A stretch of DNA of 64,000 bases from Nitrosomonas sp. (GTDB lineage: Bacteria; Pseudomonadota; Gammaproteobacteria; Burkholderiales; Nitrosomonadaceae): positions 7,451 through 71,450 of the forward strand of contig JAGRFM010000074.1 in the NCBI GenBank assembly GCA_020446045.1, written 5' to 3'. Positions 11,005 through 19,594 of this stretch are shown piece by piece. The notes below the pieces were generated by a model. That model worked only from the letters and a program-made list of their open reading frames with translations. It searched no databases and was not told the origin of the DNA. The position numbers and the translations under genes were made by a program. Numbering within the stretch: the stretch's first letter is position 1; each line of letters starts with the position of its first letter.

Positions 11005-11727
11005 CTAAATACAGCCACGCACCATATTTACCATCTCGGTTAATCTTTCAACATCTAAAATATGCAAATCATGGCCTTTACGTTGGATTAATCGCTTTTT
11101 AGTCAAATTACTGAATTCACGTGTTACCGCCTCTCTATGTGTACTGACCAAATTTGCAATATCAAAATGTGTCGGTGCAGGGGAAACGATGGCAATATTC
11201 GACCCGGTCATATGTTTTTGTGCCAGACGAAGTAATTCTGCTTGTATCCGGTGACTGACCGTTAATGTACTGAAATCGTAAACACGCTCGGTTAACCTGC
11301 GCACTTCACCTGTGAGCCGATTCAGAATCGCATCGGCGACATGTTGATTGGAATAAATAAGATTTTTAAACTCTATGGCTGTCATGGTTGCCAGGAGTAC
11401 ACTGGCTTTAGCAATAACAGATGCTGAACGTGTTTTTCCATCGATCGCAGTTAATTCACCAAACATTTCACCACGTTTTAAATCGCATAAAATAACTTCA
11501 TGTCCTGAAATTGCATGATACGTTACTCTTATTTCTCCTTGTGCGATGAAAAAAACACTATTAGATTTGTCATGAAAATGGATGATTTTTTCATCATGCT
11601 CATAACGAAACCATTTACAAGCTTTTGCAACTTCAATCAAATCAGATTCAGATAGACTTTGAAATTCTTTTATTGTTGAAAGCATTGCGCATGCACGATC
11701 TATTGGAATCTGACGCAATGTAGCCAT
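11005..11727 (-). CDS. Crp/Fnr-family transcriptional regulator
   Basis: cNMP-binding GEMFGEL...RSA motif and C-terminal HTH (THFDIANLVSTHREAVTR). Confidence 0.92.
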   Translation of the reverse strand: MATLRQIPIDRACAMLSTIKEFQSLSESDLIEVAKACKWFRYEHDEKIIHFHDKSNSVFFIAQGEIRVTYHAISGHEVILCDLKRGEMFGELTAIDGKTRSASVIAKASVLLATMTAIEFKNLIYSNQHVADAILNRLTGEVRRLTERVYDFSTLTVSHRIQAELLRLAQKHMTGSNIAIVSPAPTHFDIANLVSTHREAVTREFSNLTKKRLIQRKGHDLHILDVERLTEMVNMVRGCI

Positions 11728-11879
11728 TAATTTGTTTCTCCAGTTTAAATTCCAGGCTTTAACATAGCCCTGAATAACATAATGTTATAAATTTATTATC
11801 AAGTTTAGCCGTTGTCAATTTATGTACCAGTTGGTAAATGAATACATCCTAATACTATTTACATTTCGAAAATGAGAAT

Positions 11880-11895
11880 TGTGGGATAAATCACT
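11880..11895. promoter_or_regulatory. candidate CRP-type operator
   Basis: TGTGG-GATAAA-TCACT versus consensus TGTGA-N6-TCACA (2 mismatches), in the divergent region between crp and the small ORF/Rh50. Confidence 0.35.
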
Positions 11896-11970
11896 AACTT
11901 TCTTTACCTTTGCTGATACGCTAAATGTTGTTTAATAAAATTGCTTAGTTAACTCAAGGAGGTGTTCAAA

Positions 11971-12135
11971 ATGAAAACAGAACTATTGATTGGCGATTTT
12001 GACGATGATTTTGTAACAGAAGAACTCTTCGAAGATAGCCGTGTAGCAAAAATTATCGATGAGATGGATTTTACTGATGACGACAATTTCTTTGACGAAA
12101 CGGATATCCAAAGAGAGTTGACCGGAATATATTGA
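11971..12135 (+). CDS. unannotated 54-aa highly acidic small protein
   Basis: Perfect SD AAGGAGGT upstream of ATG 11971. MKTELLIGDFDDDFVTEELFEDSRVAKIIDEMDFTDDDNFFDETDIQRELTGIY* (19 of 54 residues D/E); below the ORF-track length cutoff. Confidence 0.7.
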   Translation: MKTELLIGDFDDDFVTEELFEDSRVAKIIDEMDFTDDDNFFDETDIQRELTGIY

Positions 12136-12532
12136 GTTTTTTCTCACCAATCACCAAATCATTTGGCCACATTTTTAAACTTTAGTATTTTGGGAAAAAA
12201 CGTGTTGATATTCCGTAAATAAGGGTTGCGCCTGAATCACACATCGGTTGGAGCAACCCATCAAAAATTAACTTATCGATAATATTTTTGTTGTCGACAA
12301 TTCTATTTATCCTTCTTTTAAACGCTTTAATTCGAAGCGTACTTCACAAAATTTAATTTTCCTCTATCAATGAATCCTTCCTGGATTCAAATTCATCAAA
12401 ACATAAAAAACGTTGTTTTCACAGTAAATTACGTTCACACTTATCCCAGTATTGGTTTTTGGTAAAATTTTAATTTTTATCATGTAGCATAATGATTAAA
12501 CAAAAATGCTAATGGATAGAGGAGGAAACCGT

Positions 12533-13903
12533 ATGAAAAATTGCCTCAGTTTTACGCTACGGGGTGTATTAAGTTTAATTTTCCTCGGGTTGAGCTGTTA
12601 TGCCAAGGCAGAAAGTACAGTAATTTTGAATGATGTGCGTACAGTAGCACAATACAATTATATTATTCATATACTTGCTATGTTATTGGTTGGTTTCGGT
12701 TTTTTAATGGTTTTTGTGCGCCGTTACGGCTTTGGTGCGGTAACGGGTACTTATCTCGTGGTTGCAGTTGGATTGCCACTCTATATTTTATTACGTGCAA
12801 ACGGTGTTTTTGGCCATCCCCTTTCTCCGCATACACTGGATGCAGTTCTGTTTGCGGAACTGTCCGTCGCCGCTGCATTAATTGCCATGGGCGCTGTACT
12901 GGGAAGAATGCGTGTATTCCAGTATGCCTTGTTGGCTTTTTTTCTTGTGCCGCTTTATTTACTCAATGAGTGGATTGTTCTGGAGGATGCTTTCGGTATA
13001 ACAACCGGTTTTCAGGACACAGCGGGATCGGTTGTTATTCACGCATTCGGTGCCTATTTCGGTCTGGCGATGTCTATTGTCTTGACAACACACTATCAAC
13101 GCAGCAAAACCATAGAATCGGATCATACTTCCGATCGTTTTGCGATGTTAGGCTCCATGGTTTTATGGATTTTCTGGCCGAGTTTTGCTACGGCACTTGT
13201 ACCACTCGAAGCTATGCCGCAAACAATTGCCAATACCTTGCTAGCACTTTCTGGTGCAACTATTGCGACTTACTTTCTCAGTTATAAACTAAATGGCGGT
13301 AAGACGTCTATGGTAGATATGGCCAATGCAGCATTGGCTGGCGGTGTTGGCATCGGTTCGGTATGCGATATCGTTTCGCCGACTGGAGCTTTTGGAATTG
13401 GTCTTTTGGCTGGAACGATTTCGGTTTTGGGTTATGTGTTTTTACTGCCTTGGCTAGAGCGTAAATTTAAACTGGTCGATACCTGCGGTGTTCACAACCT
13501 ACACGGTATGCCTGGACTTTTGGGAGGATTGAGCGCTTTGCTAGTCGTTCCCGGTATTGCTTCTGTTCAACTGGCTGGTATCGGTATTACTATGGGTATT
13601 GCAATTATGGGCGGTATTCTGACGGGCTTACTGATTAAAATTACCGGTACAACGCGTGAACCTTATGAAGATAGTGTAGAGTTTACTCATATGCCTGGCC
13701 CAGAAAAAGAACGGGTAAATGATCAAATTCTGGCTAGAATTGAAACATTGGAAAATAAAATAGCCTCGATATCAATACAACCAGCGGACCAGATACAATC
13801 TTCAAAGGCAAACGAGAGGATGGCTGGCTTGGAATCACAAATTGAAATACTTGAAAAAGAAATAAGGGAAGCACAATCCCAATCAACGGGTAATGACAGA
13901 TAA
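12533..13903 (+). CDS. Rh-type (Rh50) ammonium/ammonia transporter
   Basis: GAGGAGG RBS before ATG 12533. AQYNY..ILAMLLVGFGFLMVFVRRYGF, twin His (IH170AFG, NLH324G) and WPSF218 are collinear with N. europaea Rh50 as recalled; C-terminal coiled coil. Confidence 0.95.
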   Translation: MKNCLSFTLRGVLSLIFLGLSCYAKAESTVILNDVRTVAQYNYIIHILAMLLVGFGFLMVFVRRYGFGAVTGTYLVVAVGLPLYILLRANGVFGHPLSPHTLDAVLFAELSVAAALIAMGAVLGRMRVFQYALLAFFLVPLYLLNEWIVLEDAFGITTGFQDTAGSVVIHAFGAYFGLAMSIVLTTHYQRSKTIESDHTSDRFAMLGSMVLWIFWPSFATALVPLEAMPQTIANTLLALSGATIATYFLSYKLNGGKTSMVDMANAALAGGVGIGSVCDIVSPTGAFGIGLLAGTISVLGYVFLLPWLERKFKLVDTCGVHNLHGMPGLLGGLSALLVVPGIASVQLAGIGITMGIAIMGGILTGLLIKITGTTREPYEDSVEFTHMPGPEKERVNDQILARIETLENKIASISIQPADQIQSSKANERMAGLESQIEILEKEIREAQSQSTGNDR

Positions 13904-13924
13904 AGCATACAGAATACAATCAAT

Positions 13925-14926
13925 ATGAAAGCAATTTATTTTGAAACAGGCGGTTCGATTGATGTTCTGAACTTCGGTGATTTTAAAGATCCTGATCAAT
14001 GCTATGGCTCACAGGTTCTTGTCCGAAACATAGCAGCAGGAATCAATCCGATAGACATTAAAATCCGTATAGCACCGGATCGTTTCCCGGTCACGTTTCC
14101 AGTCATTCCCGGTTGCGACGGAGCCGGTATTGTGGAAGCCATCGGCCCTGACGTGAAACACTTCAAACCTGGTGATGAAGTTTATTATTCACAACCCGGT
14201 TTCAATCAACGGCAGGGCACTTATGCTGAATATACGGTTGTTGATGAAAGTTTACTGGCTAAAAAACCGTCATCTTTGTCCTTCTATCAAGCAGCTGCCG
14301 CACCGCTTGTATTAATCACTGCATGGGAAGCGTTGCATGATCGTATATGTATTTCATCCAAACAGACCATTCTAATACACGCTGGTGCGGGGGGTGTCGG
14401 TCATGTTGCAATTCAATTGGCCAAATTAGCAGGCGCAAAGGTTATAACAACCGTTAGTAATGAAGAAAAAGCCGCTTTTACTCAGAGGTTAGGTGCCGAC
14501 AAAACAATCAATTACAAAACACAAGATGTGGTCAATGAAACCAAGAAATGGACGAATGATAAAGGTGTTGATAGTGTATTTGATACCGTCGGTCCGCCAG
14601 TACTGCAAAACAGCATTAAATGTGTAAAAAATTACGGTGATGTGGTAACTATTCTACAACCACCGGCAGAGATGAATTGGAGTGAGGCTCGTTTACGAAA
14701 TATCCGCTTTAGTTTTGAGCTGATGTTGACACCGATCATTCTTGATCTTGACGAGGTGAAACGGCATCAAAGTGAAATTCTACGCCGTTGTGCTGTATTA
14801 TTTGATGAAGGCAAACTGCATATTGAAGTCGCCAAACAATTCGATTTAATAGAGGCGGCAAGTGCACAGCAGTATCTTGAGCAACAACATCCTATAGGAA
14901 AATTGGTACTCATAATTGGAGAATAA
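13925..14926 (+). CDS. MDR-family (quinone-oxidoreductase-like) oxidoreductase
   Basis: GINPID, PGCDGAG, HAGAGGVGH nucleotide-binding motif, GKLVL at the end. Confidence 0.85.
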   Translation: MKAIYFETGGSIDVLNFGDFKDPDQCYGSQVLVRNIAAGINPIDIKIRIAPDRFPVTFPVIPGCDGAGIVEAIGPDVKHFKPGDEVYYSQPGFNQRQGTYAEYTVVDESLLAKKPSSLSFYQAAAAPLVLITAWEALHDRICISSKQTILIHAGAGGVGHVAIQLAKLAGAKVITTVSNEEKAAFTQRLGADKTINYKTQDVVNETKKWTNDKGVDSVFDTVGPPVLQNSIKCVKNYGDVVTILQPPAEMNWSEARLRNIRFSFELMLTPIILDLDEVKRHQSEILRRCAVLFDEGKLHIEVAKQFDLIEAASAQQYLEQQHPIGKLVLIIGE

Positions 14927-14932
14927 TGTTGT

Positions 14933-15886
14933 ATGAAACGCATACTGGTGACGGGTGCAACAGGACAGATCGGTTCGGAACTTGTCCCCGCATTGCGCAA
15001 ACGTTATGGCGGCGATAACGTCATTGCTGCGGGTCATAAAAAAGCACCACAGCAATCTCTCATCAAGGAGGGGACTTATATAACGTTGGATGTTACCAAT
15101 CCGGATTCCGTTAACACCGTGGCGCAGCAATATCAGATCGATACCATCTTTCATCTCGCAGCATTGTTATCAGCTGTTTCAGAAAAAAACCCGCAACTAG
15201 CCTGGAAGGTCAACATGGATGGCTTGTTCAACATACTTGAAACCAGCCGGGAAAATGGATGTGCTGTTTTTTTCCCAAGCTCCATAGGCGCATTCGGGCC
15301 GAATACACCGCGTGACGACACCCCGCAGGATACGCTGCAACGACCGAATACCATGTATGGCGTCTGCAAGGTTTCGAGTGAATTATTATGTAATTATTAC
15401 TATACCCGCTTTGGCGTCGATACTCGCGGTGTTCGTTACCCTGGCCTGATCTCTTATGAAACATTACCTGGTGGCGGTACGACAGATTATGCTGTGGAAA
15501 TTTTTTATCAAGCCATACTTGAAAAAAGCTACACCTGTTTTCTCAAACAGGGTACATATCTTGATATGATGTATATGCCGGACGCTATCCACGCAGCTAT
15601 AAAACTCATGGAAACTGATGCGAGCCGTTTAAAACATCGTAATGCATTTAATATCACCGCGATGAGCTTCGCACCTGAAGAACTTGCAATCAGTATCAAA
15701 AAACTGATTCCCGATTTTGAAATGAATTACGCTATCGATCCGGTTCGGCAAGCAATTGCAGATTCATGGCCTCGCCATATGGATGATCGTGTCGCTAAGG
15801 AAGAATGGGGGTGGGAACCGCAATTTAATCTGGAAAAGATGACAACGGATATGATTGAACGATTAACTAAGAAACTGGCATCATAA
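14933..15886 (+). CDS. tdh: L-threonine 3-dehydrogenase, SDR/epimerase type
   Basis: ILVTGATGQIGSEL, PSSIGAFGP, YGVCK, RYPGLIS, PGGGTTDYAV, IADSWP; directly upstream of a kbl-like gene. Confidence 0.85.
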   Translation: MKRILVTGATGQIGSELVPALRKRYGGDNVIAAGHKKAPQQSLIKEGTYITLDVTNPDSVNTVAQQYQIDTIFHLAALLSAVSEKNPQLAWKVNMDGLFNILETSRENGCAVFFPSSIGAFGPNTPRDDTPQDTLQRPNTMYGVCKVSSELLCNYYYTRFGVDTRGVRYPGLISYETLPGGGTTDYAVEIFYQAILEKSYTCFLKQGTYLDMMYMPDAIHAAIKLMETDASRLKHRNAFNITAMSFAPEELAISIKKLIPDFEMNYAIDPVRQAIADSWPRHMDDRVAKEEWGWEPQFNLEKMTTDMIERLTKKLAS

Positions 15887-15927
15887 ATATGAACCTCCCA
15901 CGAATATCAACATATTAAGGAAACCTA

Positions 15928-17214
15928 ATGTCACAGGAACGACTAAATGCATTTTGTGCATCAAAACTAGACGAACTTGATAACAAAGGTATTCTGAAAG
16001 GTCGTGAGAGAATAATTACCCGAATTGTCGCTCCAGAATGGATAAAAAAAGGCTGGTTGCCGGATGCAAACGAAGATAAAGCGTTTGGTCCACGTTATTT
16101 TCTTGTTGGCGACGATAATCCCTATTTGTTAATGAATTCAAATTCCTATCTCGGTCTTTCATTGCACCCAGATGTTATCGCTGCTGAAGAAAAAGCTTCA
16201 CAAAATTTTGGAACAGGACCAGGGGCTGTTCGATTTATATCAGGAACTTTTACCCCGCATATTGAATTAGAAAATAAACTCGCCGCATTTCATCAACGCG
16301 AATCGGCAATGATTTTTAGCGCCGCCTATGCGACAGTGATGGGCGTCCTTCCTCCTTTGATTGATGATAAAACATTGGTTATCAGTGACGAACTCAATCA
16401 CAATAGCATAATCAACGCAATTCGCTTGTCTCATCCCGCTCAAAAAGCTATCTACAAGCATCTTGACTTAAACAATCTTGAACAAATACTTAGTGTTCAT
16501 GCCTCTTCAAAAGAAAATGCTGCTACACAAAAGATTAGACGTGTTCTGGTCGTAACCGATGGCATTTTTAGTATGCGTGGTGATCATGCACCGTTGAATT
16601 CAATACTAGAAATCTGTCAACAACATGAAAAACGCTACGCTGAAGGCATTATTACAATTGTTGATGATTCGCATGGTATTGGCGCATTTGGAGAAACCGG
16701 TCGGGGTACAGAGGAATATACCCATTGCCAAGCTGATATTTTGATAGCTACTCTTGGCAAGGCCCTTGGTGTTAATGGCGGTTACGTTGTTGCAAGTAAA
16801 CCAGTAATCGATTACTTGAGAGAGATATCGCCCTTTTATGTTTACTCCAACCCAATTACTCCTTCTGAAGCATTGGCTGCAAAAAAATCACTTGATATTT
16901 TGGACAGTAGCGAAGGGCTTGCAAGACTAAAGAAAATTCGCTCTTTGACGTCGCATTTTAAAAGCGGACTTATCGATCTTGGCTTTGAAACAATATCAGG
17001 TGAACACCCAATCGCACCTTTAGTTGTTCGTAATACTCAAAAAACATCGCGACTCATTCGTCATTTGTTTGATAACAAAATCATCGCAACTGGCTTGAAT
17101 TATCCTGTTGTACCTCTCGGAGATGAAGAAATTCGTTTTCAAATCAATGCTAATCATACGAAACTGGATATTGACCAAGTTTTGAAAATTTTGCAGAATT
17201 CTGATTACGCATAA
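15928..17214 (+). CDS. kbl: 2-amino-3-ketobutyrate CoA ligase (glycine C-acetyltransferase), PLP-dependent
   Basis: NSYLGL, GAVRFISGT, SDELNHNSII, TDGIFSMRG, DDSHG, TLGKALG (PLP Lys); adjacent to tdh. Confidence 0.75.
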   Translation: MSQERLNAFCASKLDELDNKGILKGRERIITRIVAPEWIKKGWLPDANEDKAFGPRYFLVGDDNPYLLMNSNSYLGLSLHPDVIAAEEKASQNFGTGPGAVRFISGTFTPHIELENKLAAFHQRESAMIFSAAYATVMGVLPPLIDDKTLVISDELNHNSIINAIRLSHPAQKAIYKHLDLNNLEQILSVHASSKENAATQKIRRVLVVTDGIFSMRGDHAPLNSILEICQQHEKRYAEGIITIVDDSHGIGAFGETGRGTEEYTHCQADILIATLGKALGVNGGYVVASKPVIDYLREISPFYVYSNPITPSEALAAKKSLDILDSSEGLARLKKIRSLTSHFKSGLIDLGFETISGEHPIAPLVVRNTQKTSRLIRHLFDNKIIATGLNYPVVPLGDEEIRFQINANHTKLDIDQVLKILQNSDYA

Positions 17215-17254
17215 AAATTTACCTAAATTTGAAAAAATAAGGAAAGAAAAGATC

Positions 17255-17752
17255 ATGCCTAAGATCACCGTAGCCGTTATTGAAAATAATCCAAACAGGC
17301 GTGAACAACTGGAACAATATCTTAAGCAAAATGACCAAAACATTGAAGTTTTATGTGATCAAAAGTCTTTTTACGACATAAATATGGAGAGAAGACTTAA
17401 GTCTCGTGAAAACTTGTCGTTAAAAGAAAACACTATCGCACGCATTAAACGGTTAAAACCTCGCGTGATTTTTGTTAATACTCAACTATTAACGAAAGAA
17501 TCTTGTGAATTACTGTTTGAAATGCGCCAGAACTGTCCAGATACCGTACCGGTCGTCCTGGTTAAAGAACTTTCTAAAGATAATCATGTTCTACAGGCCT
17601 TGCAATGCGGCGCGCGAGGAATTGTTGATTGCGGCTCTATGTCGATCGATATTTCGAAAATCATTCGAGCTGTCGACAAAGGAGAACCCTGGGTTTCACG
17701 AAAAATTCTGACGAAAATGATGGAAAAAATCGTGTTTACGACTTCACACTAA
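17255..17752 (+). CDS. stand-alone atypical receiver-domain protein
   Basis: NarL-like REC pattern (VAVIENN...RVIFVN...ALQCGARGIV...IRAVDKGEPW); Asn at the phosphoacceptor position; no output domain. Confidence 0.7.
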   Translation: MPKITVAVIENNPNRREQLEQYLKQNDQNIEVLCDQKSFYDINMERRLKSRENLSLKENTIARIKRLKPRVIFVNTQLLTKESCELLFEMRQNCPDTVPVVLVKELSKDNHVLQALQCGARGIVDCGSMSIDISKIIRAVDKGEPWVSRKILTKMMEKIVFTTSH

Positions 17753-17772
17753 CTATTACTGAAACAAAGCTT

Positions 17773-18468
17773 ATGTTGACTCTACTTGCCAGCTCAGACA
17801 TAGAATTGATTACCCGATGGGAAGAAAGTGTTTTTAGTCTATCTGCATCGGTCACAGTAAATAGTTTTAAACAAACCAAAGATAAAATTGGCAAAGTTAA
17901 ACCCGACTTGCTTTTACTTGATTACAATCTTTTAATGCAAGATCAGCAAACAAAGATGTTAGATATTGCCATCGCTTCACCGAATACAAAAATTTTGCTT
18001 TTTAGCCCGAAACTTTCCGACAAAGAAGAATGGCAGTTATTTAGAAACGGCATCAAAGGTTGTTGTACTATCGATATGAAACCGGAACAAATCACTTACG
18101 CAATCAAAGCGATTTTAAAAGGTGAATTATGGATCCGCCGATCTTTGACAAGCTTTATGCTCGACGAATTAGTCGAGATTTCTATGGAAAAAGAGCGTAT
18201 TGAAACCGCAATCCATGATCTATTAACCAATCTAACCAAAAGAGAATATGAAATTGCCATGCTGGTTGGGAATGGAGAAAGCAATAAACGGATCGCGAAC
18301 CGACTGGATATTACAGAAAGAACGGTTAAAGCACATCTGACAGAAATTTTCCGCAAACTACAAATTACAGACCGCATTAAACTGGCACTTATGATGAAGG
18401 AAACGGTAACCTCACTTAAACCTCACCAAACCAATCATATTTTTAATGATACATCCTATTATGCATAA
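17773..18468 (+). CDS. LuxR/NarL-family regulator with atypical receiver
   Basis: PDLLLLD receiver and LTKREYEIAMLVGNGESNKRIANRLDITERTVKAHLTEIFRKL HTH; ATG 17773 preferred over the ORF-track start at 17629. Confidence 0.9.
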   Translation: MLTLLASSDIELITRWEESVFSLSASVTVNSFKQTKDKIGKVKPDLLLLDYNLLMQDQQTKMLDIAIASPNTKILLFSPKLSDKEEWQLFRNGIKGCCTIDMKPEQITYAIKAILKGELWIRRSLTSFMLDELVEISMEKERIETAIHDLLTNLTKREYEIAMLVGNGESNKRIANRLDITERTVKAHLTEIFRKLQITDRIKLALMMKETVTSLKPHQTNHIFNDTSYYA

Positions 18469-18495
18469 GTAGTATAGTAGGCAAATTCCCAGTAA

Positions 18496-19029
18496 CTAAA
18501 CAATTACGACTGGATTATTTTCCAATAATTCCAAAATGCCTAATAATGCAATCTTAACGGCCTGCTGACGTACTGCTTCTCGATTTCCTTCAAACAAAAA
18601 CTGTTTTCTGTTAGTCAGTTCATTTTTTAATGTCCATGCAAAACAAACGGTACCAACTGGTTTGGTGTCACTCCCACCACCAGGGCCGGCGATACCGGTA
18701 ATAGCAACACTGATTTGAGCATGGCTGTTTTTTAATGCACCTAACGCCATTTCCTGAGCTACCTCCACCGAAACAGCGCCATATTGATTTAGTGTCGAAA
18801 AACTTACTTGCAACATTTCATTTTTAGATAAATTGCTATATGTAATAAAACCTCGATCATACCACTCGGAACTACCGGCTATTGTAGTTATTGCTTGGCC
18901 TAACCAACCACCCGTACACGATTCAGCGCTAACCAGATACAAACCATCAGACTTTAATTTTTCACCAACTGCTTTTGCCAAAATAGAAGGATCTTCCTGG
19001 TTTATATCCATGAAACATTGCACATACAA
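18496..19029 (-). CDS. cinA: CinA C-terminal / NMN deamidase (PncC-like)
   Basis: AESCTGG, GSS..Y.RGFITYSN, ITGIAGPGGG, KPVGTVCF; follows pgpA. Confidence 0.93.
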   Translation of the reverse strand: MYVQCFMDINQEDPSILAKAVGEKLKSDGLYLVSAESCTGGWLGQAITTIAGSSEWYDRGFITYSNLSKNEMLQVSFSTLNQYGAVSVEVAQEMALGALKNSHAQISVAITGIAGPGGGSDTKPVGTVCFAWTLKNELTNRKQFLFEGNREAVRQQAVKIALLGILELLENNPVVIV

Positions 19030-19030
19030 G

Positions 19031-19594
19031 CTAGAAAAAGCTCTCAGACATAACCCAAGCTTTCCATCCAGCCAAACAGATTAATGTAAAAAAAGCTGCG
19101 ATAATATCATCGAACATCACACCAAAACCACCTTTTAAACGCTTATCGTAATAACGAATAGGCTGTGGTTTGACGATATCAAAAAAACGAAACAGAACAA
19201 ATGCTGCCAGATACCACTCCAATCCCGGTGGTGTAAAGTAAAGCACTAATAGAAATGCAACCGTTTCATCCCAAACAATACCGCCATAATCAGGAACACC
19301 CAGCGCTTTACCCGTTACGCCGCAAGCCCATATTCCCAGAATGAAAAAAATATCTATCAATATTAAAAAATGAACAGGATCCAGATAATAATCCAGTATC
19401 CAGAACAACGGAAAAGCAACAAGTGTACCCACTGTTCCAGGTGCTTTCGGGATTAAACCACCACCCCCTGAAAAAGCTAAAAAATAAGCGGGGTGTTTAC
19501 ATACAAAAACAAAATCCAATACTACATTTGATGTTTTCGATTTAACACCGTCAGACTGACTATAATCTTTAGGTAACAAAGTGGTCATATCCAT
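19031..19594 (-). CDS. pgpA: phosphatidylglycerophosphatase A
   Basis: KAPGTVGT, DYGGIVWDE, FRFFDIVKP, GGFGVMFDD. Confidence 0.95.
   Translation of the reverse strand: MDMTTLLPKDYSQSDGVKSKTSNVVLDFVFVCKHPAYFLAFSGGGGLIPKAPGTVGTLVAFPLFWILDYYLDPVHFLILIDIFFILGIWACGVTGKALGVPDYGGIVWDETVAFLLVLYFTPPGLEWYLAAFVLFRFFDIVKPQPIRYYDKRLKGGFGVMFDDIIAAFFTLICLAGWKAWVMSESFF

Noticed and set aside
17629-17772. ORF-track N-terminal extension of the LuxR regulator
   Set aside because: It overlaps the upstream REC gene by more than 120 bp; the receiver fold begins at ATG 17773.
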